Source: a virus (Duplodnaviria; Caudoviricetes). From it: a stretch of DNA of 54,470 nucleotides. Within the stretch, counting starts at the first letter, position 1. Each line of letters starts with the position of its first letter. This document shows positions 8,775-19,138 of this stretch, one piece after another. The notes beneath the pieces are model-generated. The model was not told where the DNA came from. It saw only the letters and a program-made list of their open reading frames with translations, and did not search any database. The stretch spans positions 1 through 54,470 of IMG/VR virus record IMGVR_UViG_3300030107_005947; one strand, written 5' to 3'. The position numbers and the translations under genes were made by a program.

Positions 8775-8886
8775 CGTAACTCCTTCTTATCGTTAGCACC
8801 ACAATCTTTCCACATATCCTGCATTGCAAATCCTTATCTTCATTCAAATACATAGTACCAGAACATTTTGAGCAAACATTATTCAT
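8596..8886 (-). CDS. zinc-ribbon protein overlapping the phosphoesterase 5' end
   Basis: CSKC-x14-CRIC in the non-overlapping part; fills the gap between genes. Confidence 0.55.
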   Translation of the reverse strand: MNNVCSKCSGTMYLNEDKDLQCRICGKIVVLTIRRSYDEFRGDIRYHRFESRGAELGENIEKNLRDTWNTNQSKNSKKMARSSFLGTNSYGLFKSR

Positions 8887-9217
8887 CTTTTAATATCGGC
8901 TCTACCAATGATACTATATCGGTAAATGGAACATTTTCGGAAGTATCTTGTTCAGTTTGTTCCTGCTCATCTCTTTTTCTTTTCTTGTTTTTCATTTCCT
9001 CAATAATATCTTCTTTTCTCATATCAGATTTTATCCAATTCATTAAATTGGCTATTGATTTAGAATTTAATTTCATCGTAGGCGTACCATCATTTAAAAA
9101 TCTTTTTAAATTATCGATACCATCTTTTCGTTTCTTTTTATATTTTCCATGGGTAGGAGTAAAAGTTCCTGAATCGGTTGAAGTAAAAACTTCTTTTTCA
9201 AAATCATTATTCATCAT
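8879..9217 (-). CDS. hypothetical protein
   Basis: ORF tiled between portal and Zn-ribbon gene with short overlaps. Confidence 0.6.
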   Translation of the reverse strand: MMNNDFEKEVFTSTDSGTFTPTHGKYKKKRKDGIDNLKRFLNDGTPTMKLNSKSIANLMNWIKSDMRKEDIIEEMKNKKRKRDEQEQTEQDTSENVPFTDIVSLVEPILKDE

Positions 9218-11045
9218 CGTCAGACTCTACTGGCTTTTCATGATGTTCAGTTGTTTTGGGAGTTTGTATTATAGGATTAAAAGTACCCTTCTCTATCATT
9301 GATATTCCCTCCGAATTTAAATACGCAATATAATCCGTGTTGTCTTGTATAAACCACATTTTAGTAAAATCTGGACTAACTTGTTTAATTAATGGGTGCG
9401 TAAAACCCTTTTCCACTAAATCATCTATGAAACTTTTTGAAGTTTGTATAATGTCACCAGATCTAGCTTCAGCATAACTATCTAAATCCCGTTCTTCATT
9501 AGGTGCTTTATCGGCACTATTTGGCGTTACTCCACCTGTTCTACCTTGGAACTTTCTTTCAGAATCTGGTTTAATATTATCTACATCAGACTGGTCTAAC
9601 TCTTTCTTCTTAGATTCTATATTTAAAGCAGCTTGTTCTGCTACAAGTTTTGCTGTTTCAACAGGTTCTCCAGTAACAACAAATTCCGCTTCAGTTACGT
9701 CAGCATTTTGTTCCTTTAATCTGACATTAAAACCAAGTTTAGCGAACTGCGATGCTATATTAATTTTTTGCATGGCAAATGCTAGTTTGGTATTTTCAGC
9801 TTTTTCTTCAGGTTGCGGTAAAACAATATCAAAATCTGTAATAGCTAAACACTCTAGCAAGTGTGGAAAAACAGCTTCCATAAATAATCGTTGATCAGAT
9901 TCAACAACCCTACTCATAACTGTTAATTGTTGCGTCTGACTTGATAAACCACCAAATGCCTCTGGTGCACCTTGCCAAGCAGGGCTAACTCCCCATATGG
10001 CTGCAACTCTTTCACGAATTTCTTGCCTAACTGGTAAATAATCCATTTCTTGTAAGGTATGGAATAATCTTACTAAATCAACTCTACCACGCTGATTTCT
10101 AGAAGAAACAGCAATCATAGGAACATAGTTGGGGTCGGCTCGTGTTTGTGCCACTATATGTTCTCGTTCTCTACGCAATGATTCAGGATCATCAGTGGTT
10201 ACCATCAACATACTTGCAGGCATTCTTCTTTGATAGAAATAATTAAATAAGTTTCTATCCATTCCTACTAAAGTCATGGCTTTTTCAAAAATAGTTAGAA
10301 CAGGAGACCAACCATAAGTTTCAGAAGGTGAAAATTTACTTAAATGAATAACTTCCGAGTCTAATAAAAATATATCTTTTGTTCTATGACGCATTTTAAA
10401 CATTGCAGGCACGCATTTTAATTCGCAGTTAGTGTCTAAGCACGCACCAGCCTCGGATCGCACTTCCTCGCGATGGATAGGACAAATAAAGTGAAGATTC
10501 TTAGGTAATCCATTCTCATCAAGATCAAATTCAATAACAGATGGATTAATTCTTCTTATTTCTAATAATCTTGAGGATACTTTCCCATTTCCTAAATCTT
10601 TATATTGTTTAGATATATGCAAAAAGCCATCATCGAGGGAAATAACGTCATGATGAAATTGACGTAATACTTCCTCTAAAGATTGACCAAAAACATTACA
10701 ACTGGCTCTTATATCCTCTAATTTTTGTTTTTGTATAGGATCAGGATTTTCTACTGTTGCTTGAAAATCTAATCCTCTCCTAAAAACTTCGGAAGTTATG
10801 TGGTTTAGTGGTCCACGTATTTCTTCTACAGTCATAACAATAGTTTGAACATCTCGGATTAATTGATTTCGATGTGTTATGTTGTTTCTAACCATTGGGT
10901 TAACAACACCATCAATACCTAAGGTAGGAGTACCACCCGTTTCTCCAGCTGCTTTTAATAAGTCCAACTGATTTATTTTTCTATTAACTTCAGTTAGCTT
11001 TTCATTTAAAAACGGGAGTTGTGGTACATACTCGCTTAATTTCAT
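9207..11045 (-). CDS. portal protein
   Basis: 612 aa; EVIHLSKFSPSETYGWSPV, FYQRRMPASML, IRERVAAIWGVSP portal patterns; Cys/His insertion CPIH..C..C. Confidence 0.85.
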   Translation of the reverse strand: MKLSEYVPQLPFLNEKLTEVNRKINQLDLLKAAGETGGTPTLGIDGVVNPMVRNNITHRNQLIRDVQTIVMTVEEIRGPLNHITSEVFRRGLDFQATVENPDPIQKQKLEDIRASCNVFGQSLEEVLRQFHHDVISLDDGFLHISKQYKDLGNGKVSSRLLEIRRINPSVIEFDLDENGLPKNLHFICPIHREEVRSEAGACLDTNCELKCVPAMFKMRHRTKDIFLLDSEVIHLSKFSPSETYGWSPVLTIFEKAMTLVGMDRNLFNYFYQRRMPASMLMVTTDDPESLRREREHIVAQTRADPNYVPMIAVSSRNQRGRVDLVRLFHTLQEMDYLPVRQEIRERVAAIWGVSPAWQGAPEAFGGLSSQTQQLTVMSRVVESDQRLFMEAVFPHLLECLAITDFDIVLPQPEEKAENTKLAFAMQKINIASQFAKLGFNVRLKEQNADVTEAEFVVTGEPVETAKLVAEQAALNIESKKKELDQSDVDNIKPDSERKFQGRTGGVTPNSADKAPNEERDLDSYAEARSGDIIQTSKSFIDDLVEKGFTHPLIKQVSPDFTKMWFIQDNTDYIAYLNSEGISMIEKGTFNPIIQTPKTTEHHEKPVESDDDE

Positions 11046-11047
11046 TT

Positions 11048-11500
11048 TTATTCCTTACTTTGTTCCGACAAATATTGCATTGAAGCTAGTTTTAGTATAC
11101 TGTCCATAGCTTGTACATTTAGATCATATTTTTCTGATCGTTTAGGTTTACTTTGAACAGTTGTTACTTCTTTATTAGCTTTTTCTAATTCTTCAGTTAA
11201 ACTTTCTATTTTTTTATACGCATTATTTAATTCATCTTCAAACTGTTGTATATCAATATCTTGATATGATGGATTAGGCAATTCCCCTTGCAAAGATGCT
11301 TCTTTTAATAAAGCAGTAAACTGACCATCAGATAGTATTGTTACAGCTGGGTTATCATCTGCTATATCATCATCTGCTGTTAATGTTCTAATAGCATCAT
11401 TCCATTGATCTAGTATTCTCCAAGTTTTTGTAATGGAATCAAATTTTGCTGCATAACGAACATTTTCTTCCTGATTACTGAGTATGTTTCCTAAAGTCAT
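11048..11500 (-). CDS. hypothetical protein with C-terminal coiled coil
   Basis: first gene after a late-type promoter; G-rich RBS. Confidence 0.65.
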   Translation of the reverse strand: MTLGNILSNQEENVRYAAKFDSITKTWRILDQWNDAIRTLTADDDIADDNPAVTILSDGQFTALLKEASLQGELPNPSYQDIDIQQFEDELNNAYKKIESLTEELEKANKEVTTVQSKPKRSEKYDLNVQAMDSILKLASMQYLSEQSKE

Positions 11501-11530
11501 AAATCCCCCAAACTTATCTAATCTTCTAAT

Positions 11531-11540
11531 TATTATACTA
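11531..11540 (-). promoter_or_regulatory. late-type promoter TAGTATAATA for portal operon
   Basis: exact motif in the intergenic gap after nrdJ. Confidence 0.65.
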
Positions 11541-11563
11541 GTATTATTGTTATATTCGTTTCA

Positions 11564-13438
11564 TTACGCAACTAAACAAGCTGACCAACCACAGGATTTA
11601 CAAGTCTGGCATCCAGCTTCCTCAATAATGATAGGAGATTCGCAACAGGGTTTAATTGTAGATTCTTCTGAACCTTTTACTAACACTTCTTTATCCCTGC
11701 TCCCTGCCCTATAGACAGTGATTCCTTTACAACCAGTGTGATAAGCTAATAAATAAGCATCTTTAACTTCTTGCATGGATGCCTCATTAGGCATATTAAT
11801 TGTTTTACTAACACCGCTATCAATATGCTGTTGAAAAACTGATTGCATTAATACATGATCTTTTGCAGAAATGTCTGGAGAAGTAGTGTAAACTTCTTTT
11901 ACCCAGTCGGGCATTTTAAATTTTGCATCTTGTAAAGAACCACCCTCTGCTAAATAGTTCATAAGTTCTTCAGAATAAAAATCATATTTTTTAGCATCAG
12001 ATTCAAAATATTTATTGATGTAGTTTAAAGTTTTACCTTCAAGAATATTTTGTTTTTTCCATGCTAAAGCAAATGTAGGTTCGATGCCACTTGAAGTGTC
12101 AGCTATCATGGATATTGTTCCTGTTGGAGCAACTGTTAATCTACAATGATTTCTAAAACGTTCGTTTTCTTTGTCATAAGTACTATCATTAAAAGCTGGA
12201 AATACTCCTCGTATTTTTGCTAACTCTATAGATTCCTTATCAGCTTCAGAACGTATTTCTTGCATTACTTGATCGGCAACTTGTCTAGCCAATTCTGAAT
12301 TATAAGGAATACGCAACTGAATTAATAGATCAGCAAATCCCATAATACCTAAACCTATTTTTCGAGTTGCCTTTGTCATTTCCTCTATTTCTGGAGTAGC
12401 GTACTTATTAGCATCAATGACATTATCTAAAAATCTAGTGGCTATTCGAACTACCTCTTTTAACCTATTCCAATTTATCTGGGCGTGCCATCTATTAGGA
12501 ACATCTTTAAATTCCCCATCATAAGGAATAAAAAACTGTGATAAATTTATAGACCCTAGGTTACAACTTTCATTAGGCAATAAAGGTTGCTCGCCACATG
12601 GGTTGGTTGCAATCATATTGCCATATTTTTCTATTACATGGTTATCTTTATTTATTGTATCAAGAAATACCATACCAGGCTCACCATTAGTCCAAGCACC
12701 CATAATAATTCTGTCAAGAACTTCTTGAGCATTTAGCTGACCTGCAACAGTATTATCTTTAGGATTAATTAGCTTATAAGGCAAACCTTTGATTGCTGCT
12801 TCCATAAAATTAGAATCTACTCCTACAGAAATATTAAAGTTGTGAATATCTCCTTCAATAGATTTACAATTAATAAATTCAAGAATATCTGGGTGGTATA
12901 CTGACATAACTGCCATGTTCGCACCATCTCGTTTTCCCCCTTGAGTAATCATGGAACTTACCCTACTTAAAGTTTTCAAAACTTCTATAGGACCACAAGC
13001 AATACCATGGGTACTTTTAATATCATCTCCTCGTGGTCGTAATTTAGACAAGGCAAATCCAGTACCTCCACCAAACTTTTGTACCATAGCACTATCGGTA
13101 GACGCTTTCATTATTTCTTGCATGGAATCTTCTAATGGTAGAACAAAACACGCTGACAGCGTACCTTGGTCAGTTCCTGCGTTCATTAAAGTTGGACTAT
13201 TAGGTATGAATTCCAGATTTTTCATAATTGTATAGAAGTCCATAGCGATTAAATTTTTCTCGACTGATAACGTATAATAGGAATCTTCTATACTGGCTAT
13301 AGCTTTCGCAACTCGTTGAAACATTGCAGTAACATCTTCAATTACTTCGTTATGGGAATTTTTTAAATAGTATCGATGGTTTAAAATAACCTCTGCTTGT
13401 TCGGATACTTTTGCATTAGTATCAATAACGGTTGCCAT
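11564..13438 (-). CDS. nrdJ: class II (adenosylcobalamin-dependent) ribonucleotide reductase
   Basis: [51 protein letters not shown]-terminal Cys cluster; no nrdB gene in window. Confidence 0.93.
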   Translation of the reverse strand: MATVIDTNAKVSEQAEVILNHRYYLKNSHNEVIEDVTAMFQRVAKAIASIEDSYYTLSVEKNLIAMDFYTIMKNLEFIPNSPTLMNAGTDQGTLSACFVLPLEDSMQEIMKASTDSAMVQKFGGGTGFALSKLRPRGDDIKSTHGIACGPIEVLKTLSRVSSMITQGGKRDGANMAVMSVYHPDILEFINCKSIEGDIHNFNISVGVDSNFMEAAIKGLPYKLINPKDNTVAGQLNAQEVLDRIIMGAWTNGEPGMVFLDTINKDNHVIEKYGNMIATNPCGEQPLLPNESCNLGSINLSQFFIPYDGEFKDVPNRWHAQINWNRLKEVVRIATRFLDNVIDANKYATPEIEEMTKATRKIGLGIMGFADLLIQLRIPYNSELARQVADQVMQEIRSEADKESIELAKIRGVFPAFNDSTYDKENERFRNHCRLTVAPTGTISMIADTSSGIEPTFALAWKKQNILEGKTLNYINKYFESDAKKYDFYSEELMNYLAEGGSLQDAKFKMPDWVKEVYTTSPDISAKDHVLMQSVFQQHIDSGVSKTINMPNEASMQEVKDAYLLAYHTGCKGITVYRAGSRDKEVLVKGSEESTIKPCCESPIIIEEAGCQTCKSCGWSACLVA

Positions 13439-13453
13439 ATTTTTTCTTCTCCT

Positions 13454-15070
13454 TTAGTTGGTATTTCTATGTCCACAATATAAGCACAAACCTCTCTCAG
13501 GAATCCAGAAATTAGAATTACACACTATTTCAGTACAATTAGGATTTGGTGCACCTTTAGGTGTTTCTGGTTCATTAACAGGCTTTAGTTTACTTTCCAA
13601 ATCTAGTTTCTGAGAGTCTTGTCCGTCTGCTAGCCATTCCGTTACTGATCCCATACTACTAAAGCTATATCTATTTTGATCATGCAAAGCTAAAGCTGCT
13701 AAAGCAACTGAGAAAAAAGCATCTCCATGTCCTGTAACGGTATCAGGTGCTTTTAAATCATTAGTTACTGCTAACATAGATTCAGTTTGCATCGAGTCAT
13801 CAATTAATTTAAATCTGCCTGAATGAACAAGTTGTTCTAAGGCTGATGCCATTTGATTTTTTGATTTAGAAGTAAAATTTAGTGGTCTCCAACGATTATC
13901 TAAACCTCTATCTTCTAATTCACCTCTGGTATTATCTAAATATCCTGATGTGATATCGAAATTTTCAGCAGCTTCATTTAAATACTCTATTTGGTCAGAA
14001 TACGACCAGCCTCTTAAAAAAGATTGGTGTATTTGCTCTATAGTATCTCCTCGTTTTCTAAACAAAACGAGATGAGAGGGATGCCGTCTTTTACCGACAT
14101 CAAACCCTGCATATATTTCTTCGTCATTATACTCTTGATGATATCTTTTTTCTACTGCAAAAGAACGTAAATTAACATTTATACATTTTTCAATATCTTC
14201 CCTACTAAAGAAACTTTCCGTTGCCGAGTGTGGTGTTAATAAAAACTCAGAAGCGAAAGATTTTGGTCTTGCCCTTTGTTGATCTAATAACCATTCCTCA
14301 CTATACAATTCAGGCATCAAAACTCTTCTCCCAGGTAAGGGATCTAAGGCAGGCAATATCCTGCATTTAAAACGATCATCGTCCTGCAATTTAGCTATCA
14401 AATCATTAGGCGACATAGGAGTACCGAGTACAATTACTGGAGTACCCTTTAAAGGAATAAATAATGATTCAGTCATAAAATGATCTTCAGCTTTTTCTAA
14501 CTGAGAATGATTAAGGGGATTTTCTGGATCACGCAATAGGTCATCAGCAATAAGTCCCCCGTTAACGTGTAATCCTCTTTTAAAACTAAATAGTCCTCCG
14601 TGCATAACTTCGGTAGGTTTATTGTTTATTAAATATCTGCCAGTATATTCAGCTTGTGAGTTTCTTTTTTTAATCAATTCTTTTAGAATAGGATTTCGCA
14701 TAATAGCTTTATTTATTTCTTGAACATGGTATCTAGCCATTGTGTCTGAATATGATAAATATAAAATAGAACAATCCCTTTTAGAAGTTAACATTCTCCA
14801 AGCAGAAAAACCATGTCCTAATATTGTTGATTTAAAATGGAATCTAGGCAAAACTGCCATATAATGTTTTCCAGTTTCTAAACATTCTTGAATATCATCA
14901 GCTAGTATACCGACGTGCCATGCTTTAAAATATTCTGGATTATCGTAACTATAGCACCAAATATTTCGTAAAAATTCTTTAAATGTTCCCACTTCATATT
15001 TATTCTGTTCCACTAAGGCATCAGAAATCATACTAAAAGCAGCTTCAATAGATACTAAATCTTTACTCAT
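13454..15070 (-). CDS. terL: terminase large subunit
   Basis: PRFHFKST Walker A variant, LIADD Walker B, VLGTP, GFDVG nuclease Asp, HGDAFFS; C-terminal Cys cluster. Confidence 0.9.
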   Translation of the reverse strand: MSKDLVSIEAAFSMISDALVEQNKYEVGTFKEFLRNIWCYSYDNPEYFKAWHVGILADDIQECLETGKHYMAVLPRFHFKSTILGHGFSAWRMLTSKRDCSILYLSYSDTMARYHVQEINKAIMRNPILKELIKKRNSQAEYTGRYLINNKPTEVMHGGLFSFKRGLHVNGGLIADDLLRDPENPLNHSQLEKAEDHFMTESLFIPLKGTPVIVLGTPMSPNDLIAKLQDDDRFKCRILPALDPLPGRRVLMPELYSEEWLLDQQRARPKSFASEFLLTPHSATESFFSREDIEKCINVNLRSFAVEKRYHQEYNDEEIYAGFDVGKRRHPSHLVLFRKRGDTIEQIHQSFLRGWSYSDQIEYLNEAAENFDITSGYLDNTRGELEDRGLDNRWRPLNFTSKSKNQMASALEQLVHSGRFKLIDDSMQTESMLAVTNDLKAPDTVTGHGDAFFSVALAALALHDQNRYSFSSMGSVTEWLADGQDSQKLDLESKLKPVNEPETPKGAPNPNCTEIVCNSNFWIPERGLCLYCGHRNTN

Positions 15071-15566
15071 TGTTACCTTGTTGTTGTATTAATGATTTAA
15101 ATTTTATAGAAATTCTATTTAACATCTCAGAATCATTAACTTCTTCAATAATTACAGCTAAAACATCTTGGACAAACTGAAGGTTTACCATTCCCTGCAT
15201 AACTTCCCGTTGCCCCTTAATTCCCATGTCCATTGCTCTGGCGGCTTCGAACGGTCTTTCAAACTCCATAGAGTCTAAGGAGATTTCCGCTTTTTCAGCC
15301 AATTTTGTATATGAGTTTAGCTGTCTTTCTTGTATACGGGCAAATCTTTGTCCGTCATTTTTTATAATTTTTTGTTGTTGATCGGATCGTTCAACTGCTG
15401 ATCTTTCCGACCAATTACCTCGTTTTGCCCAGGCATATATTGTTACTGGTTTTACGTTATGTTCTTTAGTAGATACAATTTCAGCAATTTCTCTGGCTGT
15501 CATATCTCCTTTTATAAATAAAGACATAGCGTGGTCTTTTATTGTTTGAGGAATTGCTTTTCCCAT
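15063..15566 (-). CDS. terminase small subunit (putative)
   Basis: N-terminal HTH (TAREIAE..VKPVTIYAWAKRGNW); overlaps terL start. Confidence 0.7.
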   Translation of the reverse strand: MGKAIPQTIKDHAMSLFIKGDMTAREIAEIVSTKEHNVKPVTIYAWAKRGNWSERSAVERSDQQQKIIKNDGQRFARIQERQLNSYTKLAEKAEISLDSMEFERPFEAARAMDMGIKGQREVMQGMVNLQFVQDVLAVIIEEVNDSEMLNRISIKFKSLIQQQGNNE

Positions 15567-16076
15567 TTAAACTCCCCATACATTGTTACCTTGCATAATA
15601 TCATATCCAGACAGATCTGGTGCCCTACTTTCAATACTACCTCCATAAGGTGTGCCATCACTTTGTAAGAATTTAGCAAAATCCAAATGACCAGTTTTAG
15701 TTGTTGATGAAGTGAAACAATGTGGAATTTTTTGTTTATTGCCACTAGCTGTAATAACCTGATCAAACTGTATGGCAATTTCACCTCTAGTACATATACC
15801 AGTCCAAATGTGTTCTTGTTCTCCTATTGGTTTGTACGACCTATTCCTTAAAATTGTTCCTGATGTTCTTTGTAATTTTTCAACTGCTTGATTGTGTAAG
15901 CATTCGAAATATTTACACCAGACAACAGTTCCGTATTTTTCTTTTACTTCTTCTATGGACTTAGCGTCTTTAGGAAAAGTATCTTTATACTTCAACTTCT
16001 GTTTTTTTGGTGGTTCATAAAAATCTACCCTTATCTCTGGTCCAAGTTTTTTCAAATTATTTCTCCTTTTGCCCAC
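15567..16076 (-). CDS. hypothetical Cys-containing protein
   Basis: tiled ORF; WCKYFECLHN, GIC, PHC. Confidence 0.6.
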   Translation of the reverse strand: MGKRRNNLKKLGPEIRVDFYEPPKKQKLKYKDTFPKDAKSIEEVKEKYGTVVWCKYFECLHNQAVEKLQRTSGTILRNRSYKPIGEQEHIWTGICTRGEIAIQFDQVITASGNKQKIPHCFTSSTTKTGHLDFAKFLQSDGTPYGGSIESRAPDLSGYDIMQGNNVWGV

Positions 16077-16513
16077 TTAGCTATGCAAGAAGCATCTGCA
16101 AAGTCTTGTTCTTTGAAGATATCTCCCCATATATCTATGCTAAAATTTTTAATATCTACCTTAGTAGCATTACCTTTTCCTACAACTACTTTTTTCCAAC
16201 TTTTATTATCTACTAATAAAGGTTTATAACCATTTAATAGTAAAATAGTAAAAACTGCACCAACAACTAAAGATATCCTGATAGTAGTCATAGCATTTTG
16301 AATAAATATGGGTTTTTCTATTGCTACTATTCTTGGTCGTATATTTATTTTACTAACAAAATCAGAAAAATTAGTCGTAATTTCAGGAAAACGTTCTTCA
16401 AAAGTTTTTCCTTTTCCTAAAGATTTTTCTAATTTAAGTAATTTTTCTTTTTTATTTATAATTGCTGTGTGAACTGCTAACGTAGAGCAGTCAATTCCCA
16501 TATAAGTAATCAT
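16052..16513 (-). CDS. RuvC-like Holliday junction resolvase
   Basis: MGIDCS, VAIEKP, WKKVVVGKGNATKVDI, DFADAS motifs. Confidence 0.85.
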   Translation of the reverse strand: MITYMGIDCSTLAVHTAIINKKEKLLKLEKSLGKGKTFEERFPEITTNFSDFVSKINIRPRIVAIEKPIFIQNAMTTIRISLVVGAVFTILLLNGYKPLLVDNKSWKKVVVGKGNATKVDIKNFSIDIWGDIFKEQDFADASCIAKWAKGEII

Positions 16514-17013
16514 GAAGTTTGTGCAGTATAAGTTCGTAAAGATATTATTCTAGAAACGGAATTATATAGTGATGTGTGCATCGATAACGAACCAGTAACT
16601 TTTCTATGGAGGGCTTTTCTTTCTATTATATCTTTTACTGAATCAGATAAAGTCGTGTACCTATTTAGAATTACTCCTCGAAACTCATCACGGGTAGGTT
16701 TTCTTCTTTCTTCTTGTTCATATTCTTGGGCAATTTTATACAAAGCGGCACTATAGTTTTCATCAAAACTTGATTGAAGAATACCTAGCACTGATTCTAT
16801 TTCAGCTACCTTTATTTCCAAATATGCTTTCCAACCACCATGAAATGCCAATAATTTTTGCAAATCAATATCAGAAGAATTCATAATATCGTTAAAATCA
16901 ACATCTATTTCATCGGACTTTGGAGTAAATGAGGGAACTCCGTAAGATTCAATTTCATTGTTAACTTTTTCTAAGGCTACTTTTGGACTCCATTTTCTTC
17001 CATCAGTTGACAT
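16510..17013 (-). CDS. helical protein, possible recombination mediator
   Basis: GGAGG RBS before MSTDG; coiled coil within recombination cluster; function is inference. Confidence 0.5.
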   Translation of the reverse strand: MSTDGRKWSPKVALEKVNNEIESYGVPSFTPKSDEIDVDFNDIMNSSDIDLQKLLAFHGGWKAYLEIKVAEIESVLGILQSSFDENYSAALYKIAQEYEQEERRKPTRDEFRGVILNRYTTLSDSVKDIIERKALHRKVTGSLSMHTSLYNSVSRIISLRTYTAQTS

Positions 17014-17696
17014 ATTACCTCCTGTGTTATTTTCATACATTCACAATATCGATTTCCAGTACAATCTTTAGGAACTTCTTTCATGTCTTGTATTCTCAAA
17101 CATCTTTCAATTATTTGATTCCACTCAAAGTCGTTTTTTTCTAATGTGAACGCTTTTATTTTTTGATCATTTTTGCATTCGTATAATACAGTGCCTTGAT
17201 CATAATTACCAAGATTTAAATATGTTTGCAGTTGTATTCTATGTTCTGGCTTAGGTCTACGCAATGCAGCAAAACCACGCTGATTAATAGATTTTAATTC
17301 TATGGGATAAATGTGACCATCTTGATGTTTTATAAGAAAATCTATTCTACCAGAAATAGGAGGGTTTTCATTTTTTACAGATACTTCCCTATCTAGTAAT
17401 AGATTTAATTCCTCAAACCATTTAGCAAATCTTTCTTCAAGGTACGAACCATTTTCAAAAATTCTTCTCAAGTTTGGGGGCATTGGAGATGGAGGCATTA
17501 AACCATTATATGATAACCATATAACTCTATCGCAAGTATTGGATATTGCTGAAGGATAAAAAACTCCTTTTCTAGGAGAATCCATTTCCCCTTCAAGATG
17601 ATTATCTATTGTTTCCATTAACCAAGAATCTTCTCTACTAGGAGATTCCCTTAAATCTCTTCCAGAATTTTTTACTATGTCGACAAGGCTTCCCAT
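16977..17696 (-). CDS. Cas4/AddB-like PD-(D/E)XK exonuclease
   Basis: PSAISNTCDR, GRIDFL, ELKS, QLQTY and C-terminal Cys cluster. Confidence 0.85.
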   Translation of the reverse strand: MGSLVDIVKNSGRDLRESPSREDSWLMETIDNHLEGEMDSPRKGVFYPSAISNTCDRVIWLSYNGLMPPSPMPPNLRRIFENGSYLEERFAKWFEELNLLLDREVSVKNENPPISGRIDFLIKHQDGHIYPIELKSINQRGFAALRRPKPEHRIQLQTYLNLGNYDQGTVLYECKNDQKIKAFTLEKNDFEWNQIIERCLRIQDMKEVPKDCTGNRYCECMKITQEVICQLMEENGVQK

Positions 17697-17971
17697 ATTT
17701 TTACCTTCATTTCTTTTTCAGTTTTTTCTGTTATATGTAATATAGAGTCTACATCTTCACTTTCCAATAAAAAAGAATCCCTTTTTTTATCCCTTTTTGA
17801 TAAATGCCCATAAGTACCATCAGCTTCAATTACCATTTTTATATCTGGTATATAAAAATCAACAGTATATGGATAAATTTCAAACTGCTCAACATAGCGT
17901 AATCCTATATTTTCTATAGCTAGAGCCAATTGTTTTTCTTGTGGTGTATAATCTCTAGGTAGATACCTCAT
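17675..17971 (-). CDS. DUF559/Vsr-like endonuclease
   Basis: TPQEKQL, YTVDFY, VIEADGTYGH, DKKRDSFL. Confidence 0.8.
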   Translation of the reverse strand: MRYLPRDYTPQEKQLALAIENIGLRYVEQFEIYPYTVDFYIPDIKMVIEADGTYGHLSKRDKKRDSFLLESEDVDSILHITEKTEKEMKVKIWEALST

Positions 17972-18932
17972 TAGTTAATTTCTCCATATCCTCTTTATTA
18001 TTTACAAAATGTTCTTTTAAATTATGCAAACCCATAAATTTGTTTTCATTATAAGTATACCAAGCACCAGTTTGAATAATTAAATCTTTTTCAATACCTT
18101 CACGAATAAAGGATTCAATAACATCGATACCACCCTCTTGTCTAAAAGGAACTATTGCTGATTGCCAGTTATCTCCACCAACTTTAGATTTTCTTAATCT
18201 AACTTCTATGTTAAAACCTACATTAGCGTTATTTTCTTTTATCCAATCTTTTCTTCTTACTTGTAATATAGAATGGGAGAAAAATGTTTGCCCAATTCCT
18301 CCAGGCATAGCATCTAGAGCAGTGGGTCCCATACTCGATCTAACTTGATTTATAGCAACAAAGGCTGTTTCTTTTCCTATATTCGGTAGCAGTTTAGGCA
18401 AAGCACTATTAACAAATCTGGCTTGCCATGCCATAGGATTGTAACCAAAACTTTCATCAGATACAGAAGCTGGTACAAGACCTGCTATAGAATCTAAAAC
18501 AATTATAGAAACTCCATGCTTCATTAAAGTTCTAATGTGGTCAAATGCTTCTTCTCCTGAGTTTGGAGTATGTACTAATAATCTACGGGTATCTACTCCA
18601 CAAGTTTCGAACCAATCTTTATCATACGAAATCTCAGTGTCCACCCACGCGGCTATAGCGTTTTTATCCTTTAGAGCATTAGATACTATTTGAGAGGCTA
18701 AATAAGACTTTCCTACGTTTGTTGCACCATATAATAATGTCATACGTCTTTTTGGTATACCCCCACCTGTCAATTTGTCCAATGCAGGAATACCAAATTT
18801 TATTCTTTCATATTCAAAAGAACTATTACTACCTAATTCCACATTAGTAATTGCTTTATCATTGAAAATTTCTTTTAACTTATCAGTAGCACTGGTTAAA
18901 TTTTCATCGGACTTCTTTTTACTTTTTATCAT
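17955..18932 (-). CDS. recA: RecA-family recombinase
   Basis: LDKLTGGGIP, GATNVGKS, VDTE, IVLDSIAGL, INQVR, GAWYTY. Confidence 0.9.
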   Translation of the reverse strand: MIKSKKKSDENLTSATDKLKEIFNDKAITNVELGSNSSFEYERIKFGIPALDKLTGGGIPKRRMTLLYGATNVGKSYLASQIVSNALKDKNAIAAWVDTEISYDKDWFETCGVDTRRLLVHTPNSGEEAFDHIRTLMKHGVSIIVLDSIAGLVPASVSDESFGYNPMAWQARFVNSALPKLLPNIGKETAFVAINQVRSSMGPTALDAMPGGIGQTFFSHSILQVRRKDWIKENNANVGFNIEVRLRKSKVGGDNWQSAIVPFRQEGGIDVIESFIREGIEKDLIIQTGAWYTYNENKFMGLHNLKEHFVNNKEDMEKLTNEVST

Positions 18933-18940
18933 TAATTGTT

Positions 18941-19138
18941 TTATCCTTTATCTTTGTAATCTTCATTTATAAAATTAGAAAGCCAGTTAGAAAGTGTAGT
19001 GATATATTCTTTGGCAACTTCTATCTGAGGTTCTATAGGCAAATCAGTATCCACATTATCAATTCTAAAATCTACCCTCTTTGAATTAAAATCCCCTAAA
19101 TTTTTTGTATAACCTTTTCCTATGCTAATTAAACTCAT
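18941..19138 (-). CDS. hypothetical protein
   Basis: tiled ORF; GYTKNLGDFNSKRVD. Confidence 0.6.
   Translation of the reverse strand: MSLISIGKGYTKNLGDFNSKRVDFRIDNVDTDLPIEPQIEVAKEYITTLSNWLSNFINEDYKDKG

Noticed and set aside
16977-17696. Cas4-like gene as evidence of a CRISPR-Cas system
   Set aside because: No repeat-spacer array or other cas genes; it sits with RecA and RuvC as is typical of phage recombination exonucleases
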